Origin: Blastocladiella emersonii ATCC 22665
Lineage: Eukaryota > Fungi > Blastocladiomycota
Reading direction: 5' to 3'
Assembly: GCA_025594325.1 (NCBI GenBank)
Contig: JANHCV010000005.1
Span: forward strand, 310,001 to 374,000
Length of the DNA: 64,000 nucleotides
The notes beneath the pieces were generated by a model. That model had not been told where the DNA came from. It saw only the letters and a list, made by a program, of their open reading frames with translations, and did no database searches. A program made the position numbers and the translations under genes. This document shows, in pieces, positions 46,054 through 56,529 of this stretch (its first letter is position 1; each line of letters opens with the position of its first letter).

Positions 46054-47655
46054 GTCAGAACTCCATGGACTCGTCCTGCTGTTCCTCTACGCGACGGGAG
46101 GGTGAGTGAGTTGGGGTGTTGATGCGCAGGAGGGGAAAGGAGAGCGTACGGCGCAGTTTCCGGCGAATCTCGAGCTCGAGACCCTGCACGAACGAGCGAA
46201 AGTGTTCCACGTAGGGCTTGAGGCTCGTCCGCGCCCAGTCTACATCCGTCGTTCGAGTCAGTACACGGCCCTCGCACTATCCACCCGAGAGAGCGTACCA
46301 GGAGAGTCGCCATCGACGGACATACTCGCGTCGAGCTCGGCCATGAGATCCACGACGGTCGGCACCGTAGTCGGGTCGAACGTCTCGCACTCGCGCGGGT
46401 CGATCGGGACACACACGCGGCCCGTCTTCGGGTGCACGCAGAACGGCGACTTGAGCAGATGGTTGATGTGGGTCGACACGTTGGCGTCGATGCGCGGGTA
46501 CATGAACTGGAACACGAGGTCGCGCGGCAGCGTCGCGAGCTCGCGCTTCGTCTTGGCCGACCCCGCCGCGCCCGCGCCCGACGCCGTGCTCGCCGCCGCC
46601 TTGCCGACCAGTCGCTCCAGGTGCTCCCACTTCTCCGCGGCCGTCGCCCGCGTGTCGCGCGACGAGTCGCCATCCTCGCCGTCCTCGTCGTCGTCGTCGG
46701 ACGTCGGCGGACCAGCGCGCCCGCGCGCGCGTTCCCGGTCCACGTCGGACCACCGGCCGCGGACTCGGGCGCGCAGGGCGTCGTCGGGGATCGTGGCGAG
46801 GACCTTGGCGGCGGACTCGGGCTTGGCGAGGATCTGCTGGTTGACGAGGACGGTCTGGACAAAGTTGGGCGCGAGCACGTCGTCGTAGGCGCGGCGGAGC
46901 GCCGGATGGAGCGCCGCGGGGAGCACAACCTTGCGGCCGACCTGGTCGCCGGCGCGCACGAGGTCGAGGTACTTGACGATGGCGGTGCGGGCCTCGTTGG
47001 ACAGGGCGCGGGCGGCGGCGTCGCACACCCAGCCGTGGATGCCTCGGCGGCCCGAGTACACCCACAGGATGTGCTTGAACCCAAAGTCCTGGCGCAGGGC
47101 GGCGTCGAGGACGCGCTGCGCGGCGGCCATGAGCGGCCAGCACCGGCGGCACACGTCGCCGCCCGTGCAGCACGTGCGCAGGTCGTCGTAGTCGGTCATG
47201 TCGATATCGACGACCAGCTCCTTCTCGAGCGGGACAAAGGCGCCGGGCTGCACCATCTTCTTCTTCTTGGGCGGCACCGCGTACACGGCGCCAACGTCGA
47301 TCTTGACGGGCTGCAGCGCGAGCAGGTCGGCCATGAGCTCGTCGGCCGAGTCGTACGACTTGAACCGCAGGTACGCGTCGTTGGCGAGCGTGAAGGAGAA
47401 CTCGCGGCGCCCGAGGTACGTGTCGCTCCCCGCCGTCGCCGTCATGGGCGCTGCGGAGGCGCCGGCCCCGCGGCCCGTCGGAGCCGCCGCCCCGCCGTAC
47501 GACAGCCACCGGCCGTACTCCTTGAGCGGGAAGAAGCGCCGGTAGAAGGCAGGCAGGAGCTCCATGGACTGCGCCGCGATGTCGGCCGCCGACGGGGCCT
47601 CTGGCGCCGGCGCGTCCGCCACAGCGGCAGGCGAGGGACTCGGATCGGTTTCCAT
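46054..47655 (-). CDS. PRI1: DNA primase small subunit; introns 46240-46298 and 46087-46149
   Basis: RREFSFTL, PVKIDVGAVY, KELVVDIDMTDYD, WVYSGRRGIHGWV, YPRIDANVSTHINHLLKSPFCVHPKTGRVCVP. C-terminus TSLKPYVEHF...SMEF*. Confidence 0.97.
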
Positions 47656-48823
47656 GGTGTTTACGTGTGCGCTAGCGTGCGATGGCAGCGACAGGACGAG
47701 GGAGGGGGAGAGAGGAAGAGCCGAGGAGGGACACGAGCAGGGACACGAGCGACTCCGACGTGCGCGTGCTGTGTGACGGTGCGACCTAGCCGAGCTTGGT
47801 CTCCCCTTTTCTTTGCATAGCAGTTCGCACCACCGATGTAACTCGATGCAATGTGATTATGGCTGCTCTAAGCTTATGGCCCAGCGCGTGCAACGATGGT
47901 GAGAGACTACGAATTGGCTTTGTGTGTTAGGAGTGCCCAGCTTCTCGTGCGCAAGAGCGTCGCTTCCGTGCCTGGGGACGGGTGTTCACGGAGAGCTCGG
48001 AACATCTTCCGCTGATCTCGGCAGGTGCTCATGGTCCATGGATCGCCCCCTTGGAGACTTGTACCATCGCCTTGCACACGATGCAGCTTCGCTCTCGAAC
48101 CACAACATTGAGCAACGCGGCTCTCATCCGCCAGCGAGTGATGTCCGAAGTGCCGAGCGGTCACATTGCACTCTCTTGCGGTAATAACTTGCTGGCACGT
48201 GGCAAGTTGAGAGTCCAAACCCGCTTCTTGTTGATCCGGCTGCAGTCTGGGATCGCTTGCGAGCGCAGAGCACGCGCTAGTTATGACGATCCGTACGAAC
48301 TCTGTCCCGTCTATGGCATCAAGCTGAGCTCGATTCAGTTCAAAGTGTGGCGGGGCGAAGGAAACAGGTTTCCGATCCAAGCCGCGCCGAGTCTGCGCGT
48401 ACATCGACGCTCTTTGCGGCCAAGTCCGCTTCGTCACGAAACGGGTCATCCCCCCTTCGAACGCGCAATATGACTCCAGTTTGCTGACCAACGGAAGGTC
48501 GTGCGTCGCATGCACAAGCGGATTCCTCACCCGGCAACAGGGCGGCCGCCGACTTGAGTGCGGCTGGATCGGAGTACGAGGTCGCGCCATTGACCATCAC
48601 CGCCGTTTTGAATCGCACGAACGCCCTGAAGCGCAAACCTGTTGACAAGCACGTACCGCACGCACGATCCCCTCTCACGAATCATGCAGAACAGAGCAAT
48701 CAACAAATTGGTTGTTATTACCAGATTTCTGAGCGGGTAACATCACAAAACCAACTCCGTAAGAACATGTAGGATCAAACATTTAGACGATGGGCAATCC
48801 CGGGCACCAACAACTTCCACGCA

Positions 48824-49821
48824 TCAGGCGCCCGCGACGCATTTCGAGCGTTGACTTGCAGGCGAAACAGGGATTTGGATTTCAAGGAGAACAATATCGA
48901 GAAGCAGTCGCATGTAAACCAAGTCAATCGCGAGCATAACCTTCAACGCCGTCTTGCCTGCCTGTTGAGATGGCGCGAACAGAAGCGAGTAGACGAACAC
49001 GACGCAACTATTCACTACCGCCAAGAAGAAAACGGTCCTCGCGTAGTTGGTAGCCGTCTCCTTGTCCTTGACAGGCCCGATTAATCGTTTCAAGCTTCCG
49101 ATGCTAAAGAGAAGCTCGACGGCCTTCGATGCATGCATGAGGACGCGATAAGTTCGATCAGACATCTTTGACGTTGAGCACGAATTGGGGCCGAGAAACC
49201 ACGCGAAGGGGGGCCGAGAAACCACGCGAAGGGTACAGATCGGGTCAGAGCGGAGTCGCCATGGTGATGCGTTTCAAGTTTCGTGGCAGGGACATCGCGT
49301 TCAGCGCGTGTAGGCAGAATGGGATTCGGGGATGCTGGACGTGCTTCACGCGCAAGTTGACGAAAATCATGAGAGAGCACGAGGGCAATGATGGCAATCG
49401 AGCATATGATCCAGAGATTTGTGTTGAAGTCCGGGTCGCGTGCGTCCATCAGTGCCAGGAGACAGAAAATGGCGACGACACCGCATAAAGCAACGATGGC
49501 GGAGCAAGCCGCCAAGTTGACTGCAAGTCGAGGGTCGCGGATTGGCCAAGAAAGCTCTTAAAGCTGACACTGCGGACAAAGTCTTGGTGTGCTAGAGCAC
49601 TGCGCAAAAGAGCACGATACGTTCCACCAAAGGATCGCAGACTTGTAGTAAGAAAGACGGTCAATGAACCGAGCAAAGACCGTGGGCAGGGTCCGAGGAG
49701 CCTCAGTAAGTTGAAGGCCATCATTGGCCAGGACCGCCGCCGTCGCGCACTCCGTGCGAGTGTCCGGGTGAGTAGCGTCGTTGCGCACGGTACTGTCGTG
49801 CTTGTCATCCTCGAGGCGCAC
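48824..49821 (-). pseudogene. Frameshifted two-module member of the small membrane-protein family
   Basis: TRSVPFAWFLGP..KMSDRTYRVLMHASKAVELLFSIGSLKRLIGP matches ORF 840. A 23-bp tandem duplication breaks the frame. A second hydrophobic module lies upstream. Confidence 0.55.
49187..49232. repeat. Perfect 23-bp tandem duplication GGGGCCGAGAAACCACGCGAAGG x2
   Basis: Seen directly in the sequence. Confidence 0.9.
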
Positions 49822-51151
49822 ACGCTCGTACTGGTGGCTACCGAAAGCAGCGCTTTCGTACGACTTTGCGAACGGTGAGGAATGACAACAGACGAAAGGT
49901 TAGCTGACATGTTACATCGCCACGACGCAGGAGAACGTACAGGCGGAGGCTCCTGGACAACGTCTTGGAACCCCATTGGTGAGGAGCAGTCGATACTGCT
50001 GAGCGAAGTGGAGGACGGTGGATGAACGAGGAGGAGAGAAAGGACTGATGCCGCGGCAGGGCTTTTGAGGCCCTGCGCCTTGAAGCGGATGGATTACCGA
50101 AACTCAGTGGATGCATGCGAGCACATGATACCATGTTATGCGTTGTGCAATGACGCGCGGTGGCACGCCATCCACACAATGAATGGTTCTGGCCGCGTAA
50201 TCAAGGTCGTGCTCGGACCTACGCGAACCTGTTCGCCCCGTTCAACAATCCTGCCAACAAACCTCCATCGGGTCAAGCGTCGGAGGTGCAGAGGAGGATT
50301 GACACTTTTCTATAACGAGCCACGGCCCCTCTACAAAGAGCGACGTGGAGATGTACTTGCCGCTTGGTGAGCGCTCAATCGTCCCTCTCGATCCTCATCG
50401 ACGTACGCACACGAGTTGAAGCACCCTCAAGTCAACGCTCGCTTCATGTTATCCCAAATCACGGCTTCCAGGATATGGACACAAACTGCATGCGCTGTAA
50501 ACTTGAAAGAGTGGGAGGAGTTTGCGCCGTGACGCGTCGATGCCCCAGGCGAGGAGCCGCGCGTGGACCGTGTCGCTCAATCCCTCGTCACTCTTCATCA
50601 GCACGTACCACGTTAGCTAGCTAGCTAGCTATCTAGCGCTCAAGATAACCCATGACGTACCCATCCGACATTGACTACACGGGGATGACCAGAAATTGGA
50701 GTTGCCGCGTTTCGAGGCGAGTGCGCGCACGTTCCCCTCGCGCTCACGCGACCTTAGCGTAGTGTTCGAGGTCGAACCACTTGTACAGCAACGCGAATTT
50801 CTGTCGCGAATCGACCTATCTCGGATAAGCGCGGGTAGGCGCGCGACGCGTTGCGCCACACGCGAGACACCCGGTGCGAGACACGGGTCACGTGCAGCTA
50901 TCAGTCAGTCGCGGTGACCGCTGCGAGACGCGCGCAAACGTTCCGCGCGCCGCCGCCTTCTATTTTTCATCCGCTCGTCCTCCCTTTCGTTGGGTTGCTG
51001 CTCCGCGCATCCTCTCTCTCCCTCCCTCATCGACTTGACTCTCTTGCACATGTACGCACTGCGACCACCATGAAAGCAAAGTGCCTCCCGTGAACATGAA
51101 CCGACCCTGCGCCGCCTCGCCCGCGACTTGCAGAACCCTACGCAGTAAAGA

Positions 51152-52070
51152 ATGGGAAGCCAAGCATCGTCGTCCTCGTCCGTGCTCGCCGCCGTCCTGC
51201 GGCTGCCGAACCCGGCGCTCGTGAAAAAGTACCTGCAGATTGCCGACGGCCGCGACAAGGGTGCGTGTCTGCCTTCGCTCTCCCCGCCCGCGCGTCGCCC
51301 CGCATCATCCCTGACCCTCGCCCTCGCCCTCCCGCCGCGTAGCCCTCAAGATCGTGCAGTACCTGTTCAAGGTGATCCTGTGGGCGGGGTGGGTCACGAA
51401 AAAGTCGCACCCGGTGCTGCACCCGCGCGTCGCCGCGGTCGTGGCGCAGTTCTCGCTTACGCGCCGCGTGCTGCGGCTGGGCCACTGCGTCGAGCCGTAC
51501 GCCGAGGTGCGGGACCAGGTCGCCGGCGGGTGGGCGCCCGCGAACCGGTCGGTGCACGCGCAGTTCCTGCACCTGCTGTCGTGGTACAACCCGGTCGCGA
51601 GCGTCGTCAACGACGTGGTCGACGATATCATCTGCCTGGCCAAGATCGGCGCGCTCGACAAGTCGTGGAGCAAGCGGCTCGATACGACGTCGACGCGGCT
51701 GTGGTTCTCGACGATCCTGATCGACGTGTACGAGAACTACCGCGGCCAGGCCAAGCTCGTGGCCGACGTGGTGCGGCGCGAGCGCGATCTCGCTGCGCTG
51801 CACGCGTCGTCCGCGTCGCCGGTGGCGGCAGCGGCGGTCAGCAAGGGTGAGCGCGAGGTGGCCATCGAGACGGCGCACAAGGGTCTCGCGGCGGCCAAGC
51901 AGAAGCTGTTCATGCAGCGCGTGTCGTTCTTCAAGCTGCTGGCCGACTTCACCTTCTGCTGGGTCGACTTCCGCGAGATGTCGGGCGACCGCGCCGACGG
52001 GATCCAGGCCGTGGCCGGGTTCTGCGCCGCGCTGCTGGCCACGTACAAGATTTGGGTCAAGTGCCAGTGA
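51152..52070 (+). CDS. PEX11: Peroxin 11 family protein; intron 51261-51342
   Basis: DGRDKALKIVQY, FSLTRRVLRLG, and C-terminal KLLADFTFC..AVAGFCAALLATYKIW are Pex11 hallmarks. Confidence 0.88.
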
Positions 52071-52185
52071 TCATGCTCGCCGTTCTCACCTATACCTGCA
52101 CTGTACTCTTCTCCTTCCCTACTCCCGTGTGTGACCTGACTGTGGCCGTGTGAAACTATGGAAATCAAATCGTCTGCTCATCATC

Positions 52186-53438
52186 CTACTCGGCGACCCG
52201 CGCAAACACGCCCATCTGCGCACGCAAATGGTTATTGAGCGCGAGCGCAGCAGCCACAGCGTTGCGGAACGCGACGAGCTGCTTCCACCCGACCTCGACG
52301 CTGACCTCGCTGACGACCTCGTGCCAGCGGCCGTGCAGCCACACGAGCCCGCGGTCCGCGCTGCCCGTGGCCGACGGCGCGCCGGGCCCGACGCCCATGC
52401 CGCTCAGCGCGCTGCGGATCGACGCCGACGCGCGGAGTTTCGCGTTCGCGTTTCCGTTGCTCCCGCCGCCGGGGATCGGACTGCTGGACCCAGACGCCGA
52501 CGACGCGAACGGGTTGAGCGACGGCGGCGGGGGCGGGGTCGCGGCGCCGCTCGCGGGGACGGCCTTCGCGCTGCCGATGGACGCGGTGCGCGCGTGGTGG
52601 TGCCGCCCGCTGTGCTGCAGCTCGCGCCACGCGGCCGAGACCTTTTGCCCGGCGGCAGCCGCGAGGCCCGTGGTCGAGGGCGACGCCGACACGCTTCCGA
52701 GCGCCACGGTGCTGGGCGTCGCGGTGGTCGGGACGACGTGCGCGAGCCCCAGGACGAGGTGGTCCCCCGCGATCGCCGCGGTCGCCGCGACTTGCGGGTC
52801 GCCGGGGACCACGAGGCTCTGCGCGGGGCCGACGGTCCAGTGGCCGTGGTGCACGTGGGCGAGCGCGGACTCCATGGCGGCGGCGAGGCGGCGCGTCAGG
52901 GCGTCGACGAGGTGGTAGGTGAAGGGCGGCAGCGTGCTCTGCAGCAGGGCAAGGACGGCGGCCGCGTGGTGGTGCGCCTCCATGACGGGGTTGAGCGGGA
53001 CCGGGCCCAGCACGACGCGCACCGGCGCGCCCGACCGGCTCGGGAACTTGGCCGTCACGTCGCTCCGCGTCAGCGTGTACCCCTGGATGCACACGAGGCC
53101 CTTGACTGAGACTGCGTCGTTTAGGTCCGACGACACGGGGAGCGTGTACTCGACGGCCGACGCGGACGTCGGGTCCGTCGGGTCCCCCGCGAGTCCGCCG
53201 CCCGGCGACGGCGAGATGGCGTCGTGCGCGTCTTGTACGAGGACCGCGATGTCGGCGAATGCGCCCGGGATCACCGTGGTCAGGAACCAGTCGAGCTCGG
53301 CGCGCTATCTCGGGAGTGCGTCAGCGAGCCGCTTCGACACACGACAGCGGCGGCGTGGCGTGTACTCACCAGCTGGGCGCGCTCGCGCGCGAGGTCGTCA
53401 GTTGCATGTACTTGCGTCGCCGTCGCCATGGTTTCCAT
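52186..53438 (-). CDS. RAV2: RAVE complex subunit 2 / Rogdi homolog; intron 53305-53369
   Basis: ELDWFLTTVIP..., VKGLVCIQGYTLTRSDV and C-terminal VSVEVGWKQL...ALALNNHLRAQMGVF resemble Rogdi (E.RWLL..EV; VKG.LTLQG). Confidence 0.7.
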
Positions 53439-53672
53439 TTGGCGTGTGCAGGGGAGAGCGGCAGCGACGCGTCGTCCTCGTCGGCGTGACCGAAGCCGGC
53501 CGACTGCCGCTGCCCCCGCCGCCACCCCAAGCCGAGTCACTCGCGCCTCACCGCGGCTCTCCCCGCGGGCCGATGCGAAGCCCAATGAACCACGCATGGA
53601 GACCTCAAGTACCCCTTGGCCGCCGTCGCCCTGTCGCTGCTGCTCCTCCAGACGACCGCCATCGCCACAACC

Positions 53673-54305
53673 ATGACATCGCACACTGAGATCCTGACGC
53701 GCGTGCTCGCCGGTCACAACAACGTGGGGGACCCGCTCGACGCCGACACGCTGGCGGACTTGGCCGAGTATCTGGCGTCCGACATCCTGCCGCTGCCGTC
53801 GGCGTCGCCCCCGGACGCGGACGCGCTGGCCGCGATGCTGGCCGCGCCGCTCGCCGAGTTCGCGCACCCCGCGGGTTTCGCGCCGCTCTTTCTCGCGCTG
53901 CTGGCGGACGACGTGCACGAGCTGCTGCGTGACCCCGAGTCCGCGGCGCTCCGGTGGCCGTCCTCCACAAACGGCGACGGCGTGGACGATGAGGGCGACG
54001 AGCTGCTAGAACCGGGCCACTGCGAGCTGTGCGAGCGCGGTCCGATGCGCTTGTCGTTCCACCACCTGATCCCGAAAAAGACGCACCGGCGGCTGCTCAA
54101 GAAGGGCGTGTTCGCGCGGGCCGAGATGGAGACGCGCGGCGCGCTGCTGTGCCGCGGGTGCCACAGCGCCGTGCACCGCATCTACGACCACGAGACGCTG
54201 GCGCTCAAGTTCAACACGGTCGACAAGCTGCTCGAGAGCGACGAGGTGTGCAAGTGGGTCGAGTTCCAGCGCAAGCAGAAGGTGCGGCAGCGCATGTTGA
54301 AGTGA
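53673..54305 (+). CDS. HNH-like (YisB-type) Zn-binding protein
   Basis: CELCER...HHLIPK...LCRGCHSAVH motif in the C-terminal half. Single exon. Confidence 0.8.
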   Translation: MTSHTEILTRVLAGHNNVGDPLDADTLADLAEYLASDILPLPSASPPDADALAAMLAAPLAEFAHPAGFAPLFLALLADDVHELLRDPESAALRWPSSTNGDGVDDEGDELLEPGHCELCERGPMRLSFHHLIPKKTHRRLLKKGVFARAEMETRGALLCRGCHSAVHRIYDHETLALKFNTVDKLLESDEVCKWVEFQRKQKVRQRMLK

Positions 54306-54383
54306 TAGGGGTGGACAAGGCTGGGTGTAATATATTTCTTCATCATTCGATCATATCGCTGGCAAGGGCCGCCGCGACGCCGC

Positions 54384-55871
54384 TTAGAGCAGCATGTTCA
54401 GCGGGTCCTCCATGTACTTCTTGAACGACGCGAGCCACTGGGCCGAGACGGCGCCGTCGACGACGCGGTGGTCGCACGACAGCGTCACCTTCATGACCTG
54501 CTGCACGTCAAAGGCGTTGGACCCGTCGGCGGCGGGGACGCGCACCACCTTCTCGTCGAGGGCGCCGACGGCCAGGATCGCGGCCTGCGGCGGGTTGATG
54601 ATGGCCGTGAAGTGCTCGACGCTGCCAAACATGCCGAGGTTCGAGATGGTGAAGGACCCGCCCTGGAACTCGTGCGGGGCGAGCGCGTTCTTCTTGGCCT
54701 TGGCCGCGAGCGCCTTGACGTCGCCCGAGATCTTGGCGAGCCCGGCAGCCTCGGCACCGCGCACGATGGGCGTGATCAGGCCCGACTCGGTCGCGACCGC
54801 CACGGCAATGTCGGCGCGGTGGAACTGGCGCACCGACCCGGTCTCGGGCCACCACGCCGCGTTGACGGCGGGCACGTCGACGAGCGCGAGCGCCGACGCC
54901 TTGATGACGAAGTCGTTGACCGACAGCTTGCCCGAGCTGAGCTTGCCGTTGAGCACCTCGCGCAGCTTGAGCACGCGGTCCATGTTGACCGTCGCCGTCA
55001 GGTAGTAGTGCGGGATCGTCGCCTTGGACTCGCTGAGGCGCGACGCGATCACCTTGCGCATGTTGGTCAGCGGCACGTCCGAGAAGGGCGTCTCGTGCGC
55101 GGGCAGCGCCGACGCCGCCGACGACTGCGGCGGCTTGGTCGCGACAGCGGGGGCAGGGGCAGCGGCGGCAGCGGCGGCAGCGGCGGCGGGCGCGGGCGGC
55201 GACGCGAGAGTGCGCTCGACGTCGGCCTTGACGATGCGCGAGTTCGGGCCGGTGCCGGCGATCGAGTTGAGCGCGAGACCGTGCTGCGACGCCATGTTCT
55301 TGGCGAGCGGCGACGCGAACACGCGGCTGCCAGCGGCGGCAGCAGCAGCAGGGGCGGCAGGGGTCGCAGCAGCAGCGGGCGCGGGCGCGGCGGCAGCAGG
55401 CGCAGCAGCCGCGGCGGGGGCGGTCTCCGCGGGCGCGGCGGGACCGGCCGTGAACGAGGCAAAGGCCGAGACGTCGGCCTGGTCCTCGCACATGACGGCC
55501 ATCGGGGTGCCGACGGGCACGTCCTTGGACCCCTGCTCGAGGATGATCTTGGCCAGGTAGCCCTCCTCCTGGCACTCGAACTCCATCTGGGCCTTGTCGG
55601 TCTCGATCTCGACCAGCACGTCGCCGGGCACGATCGAGTCGCCAATCTGCTTCTTCCACGCGCCAATGTTGCCCTGCGTCATGGTCGGCGACAGAGCGGG
55701 CATGTTGATCACCGTGTGCGTCGGGTACGAGGCGTACGTGCGCCTGTATCGCGGGATGGAGGGTCAGTGGCCGTTGCGTGGGTTTCGACGAGAGGGGACG
55801 TACATCCACGGCGCAGCGAGGCGCGCGGCGCACGCCTTGTGGGCGAGGGCGGCAGAGCGGAGGGCCAGCAT
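54384..55871 (-). CDS. LAT1: Pyruvate dehydrogenase E2, dihydrolipoamide acetyltransferase; intron 55744-55803
   Basis: Lipoyl domain MPALSPTMTQGNI..IETDKAQMEFE, subunit-binding RVFASPLAK, catalytic GGSFTISNLGM and LSCDHRVVDG. Confidence 0.97.
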
Positions 55872-56529
55872 AGTTGTAGTCGCTAGAGAGGGTAGACTGG
55901 GAGGTTTGTTAGCAGTGCACGCGACAGGTGCGACGCGACGACGCAGCGCGCTCACTTGCCTACTCGCTGCTCCCACCGCTCCCGATCGAGGGCGTAGTTC
56001 ATCCATGCATCTCTCACATCACATCAGGGGGTCAGGGCAGTCGAGTCGATCCATGGTACGGGGGCAGCAGCGCGGCAGGCAAGCGGACGCGTCGTCGTCG
56101 CGGGCTCGGCGCACGCAGCTAAGCGACGTACAGCCGAGAACGACGGCGTAGGAAGCGGGGAGGCGGGGGTTAGAGACGGCGCGACGGGCTGCTCAAGAGA
56201 AGAGGAGAGAGGAAAGCGGACCCCAACGCAATCGTGAAGCGATAGACGGGCGTTCTGCAACTCCTGCGCGCGCTGCCACCGCGCGCCTGCCACGCCCATC
56301 ACCCGACCCCGTTTATCGCGGCCGGCCCCAGATGGCACGTGCGGCGCCATCGCGCTGGGGATCTCTGTCGCGTCGCGTCGCGCTCTCTTGCGTGCTCACA
56401 CTTGCGTTAGGTTAGGACGTGTGCAAGAAGGTGGCGGCGGACTACCGCCACAATACATAAGGAGAGAAGGGTGGGTGGTGGGGTGGGTGTGGGGGAGGAG
56501 ACTGTGCAGGTGAAGGGGAGGGACAAGCG

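Noticed and set aside
47907-48678. ORFs of 112-227 aa between PRI1 and the membrane-family pseudogene
   Set aside because: No motifs, atypical codon usage and overlapping frames; they cannot be supported as genes.
50611-50634. (TAGC)n microsatellite
   Set aside because: An ordinary short simple repeat in intergenic DNA.
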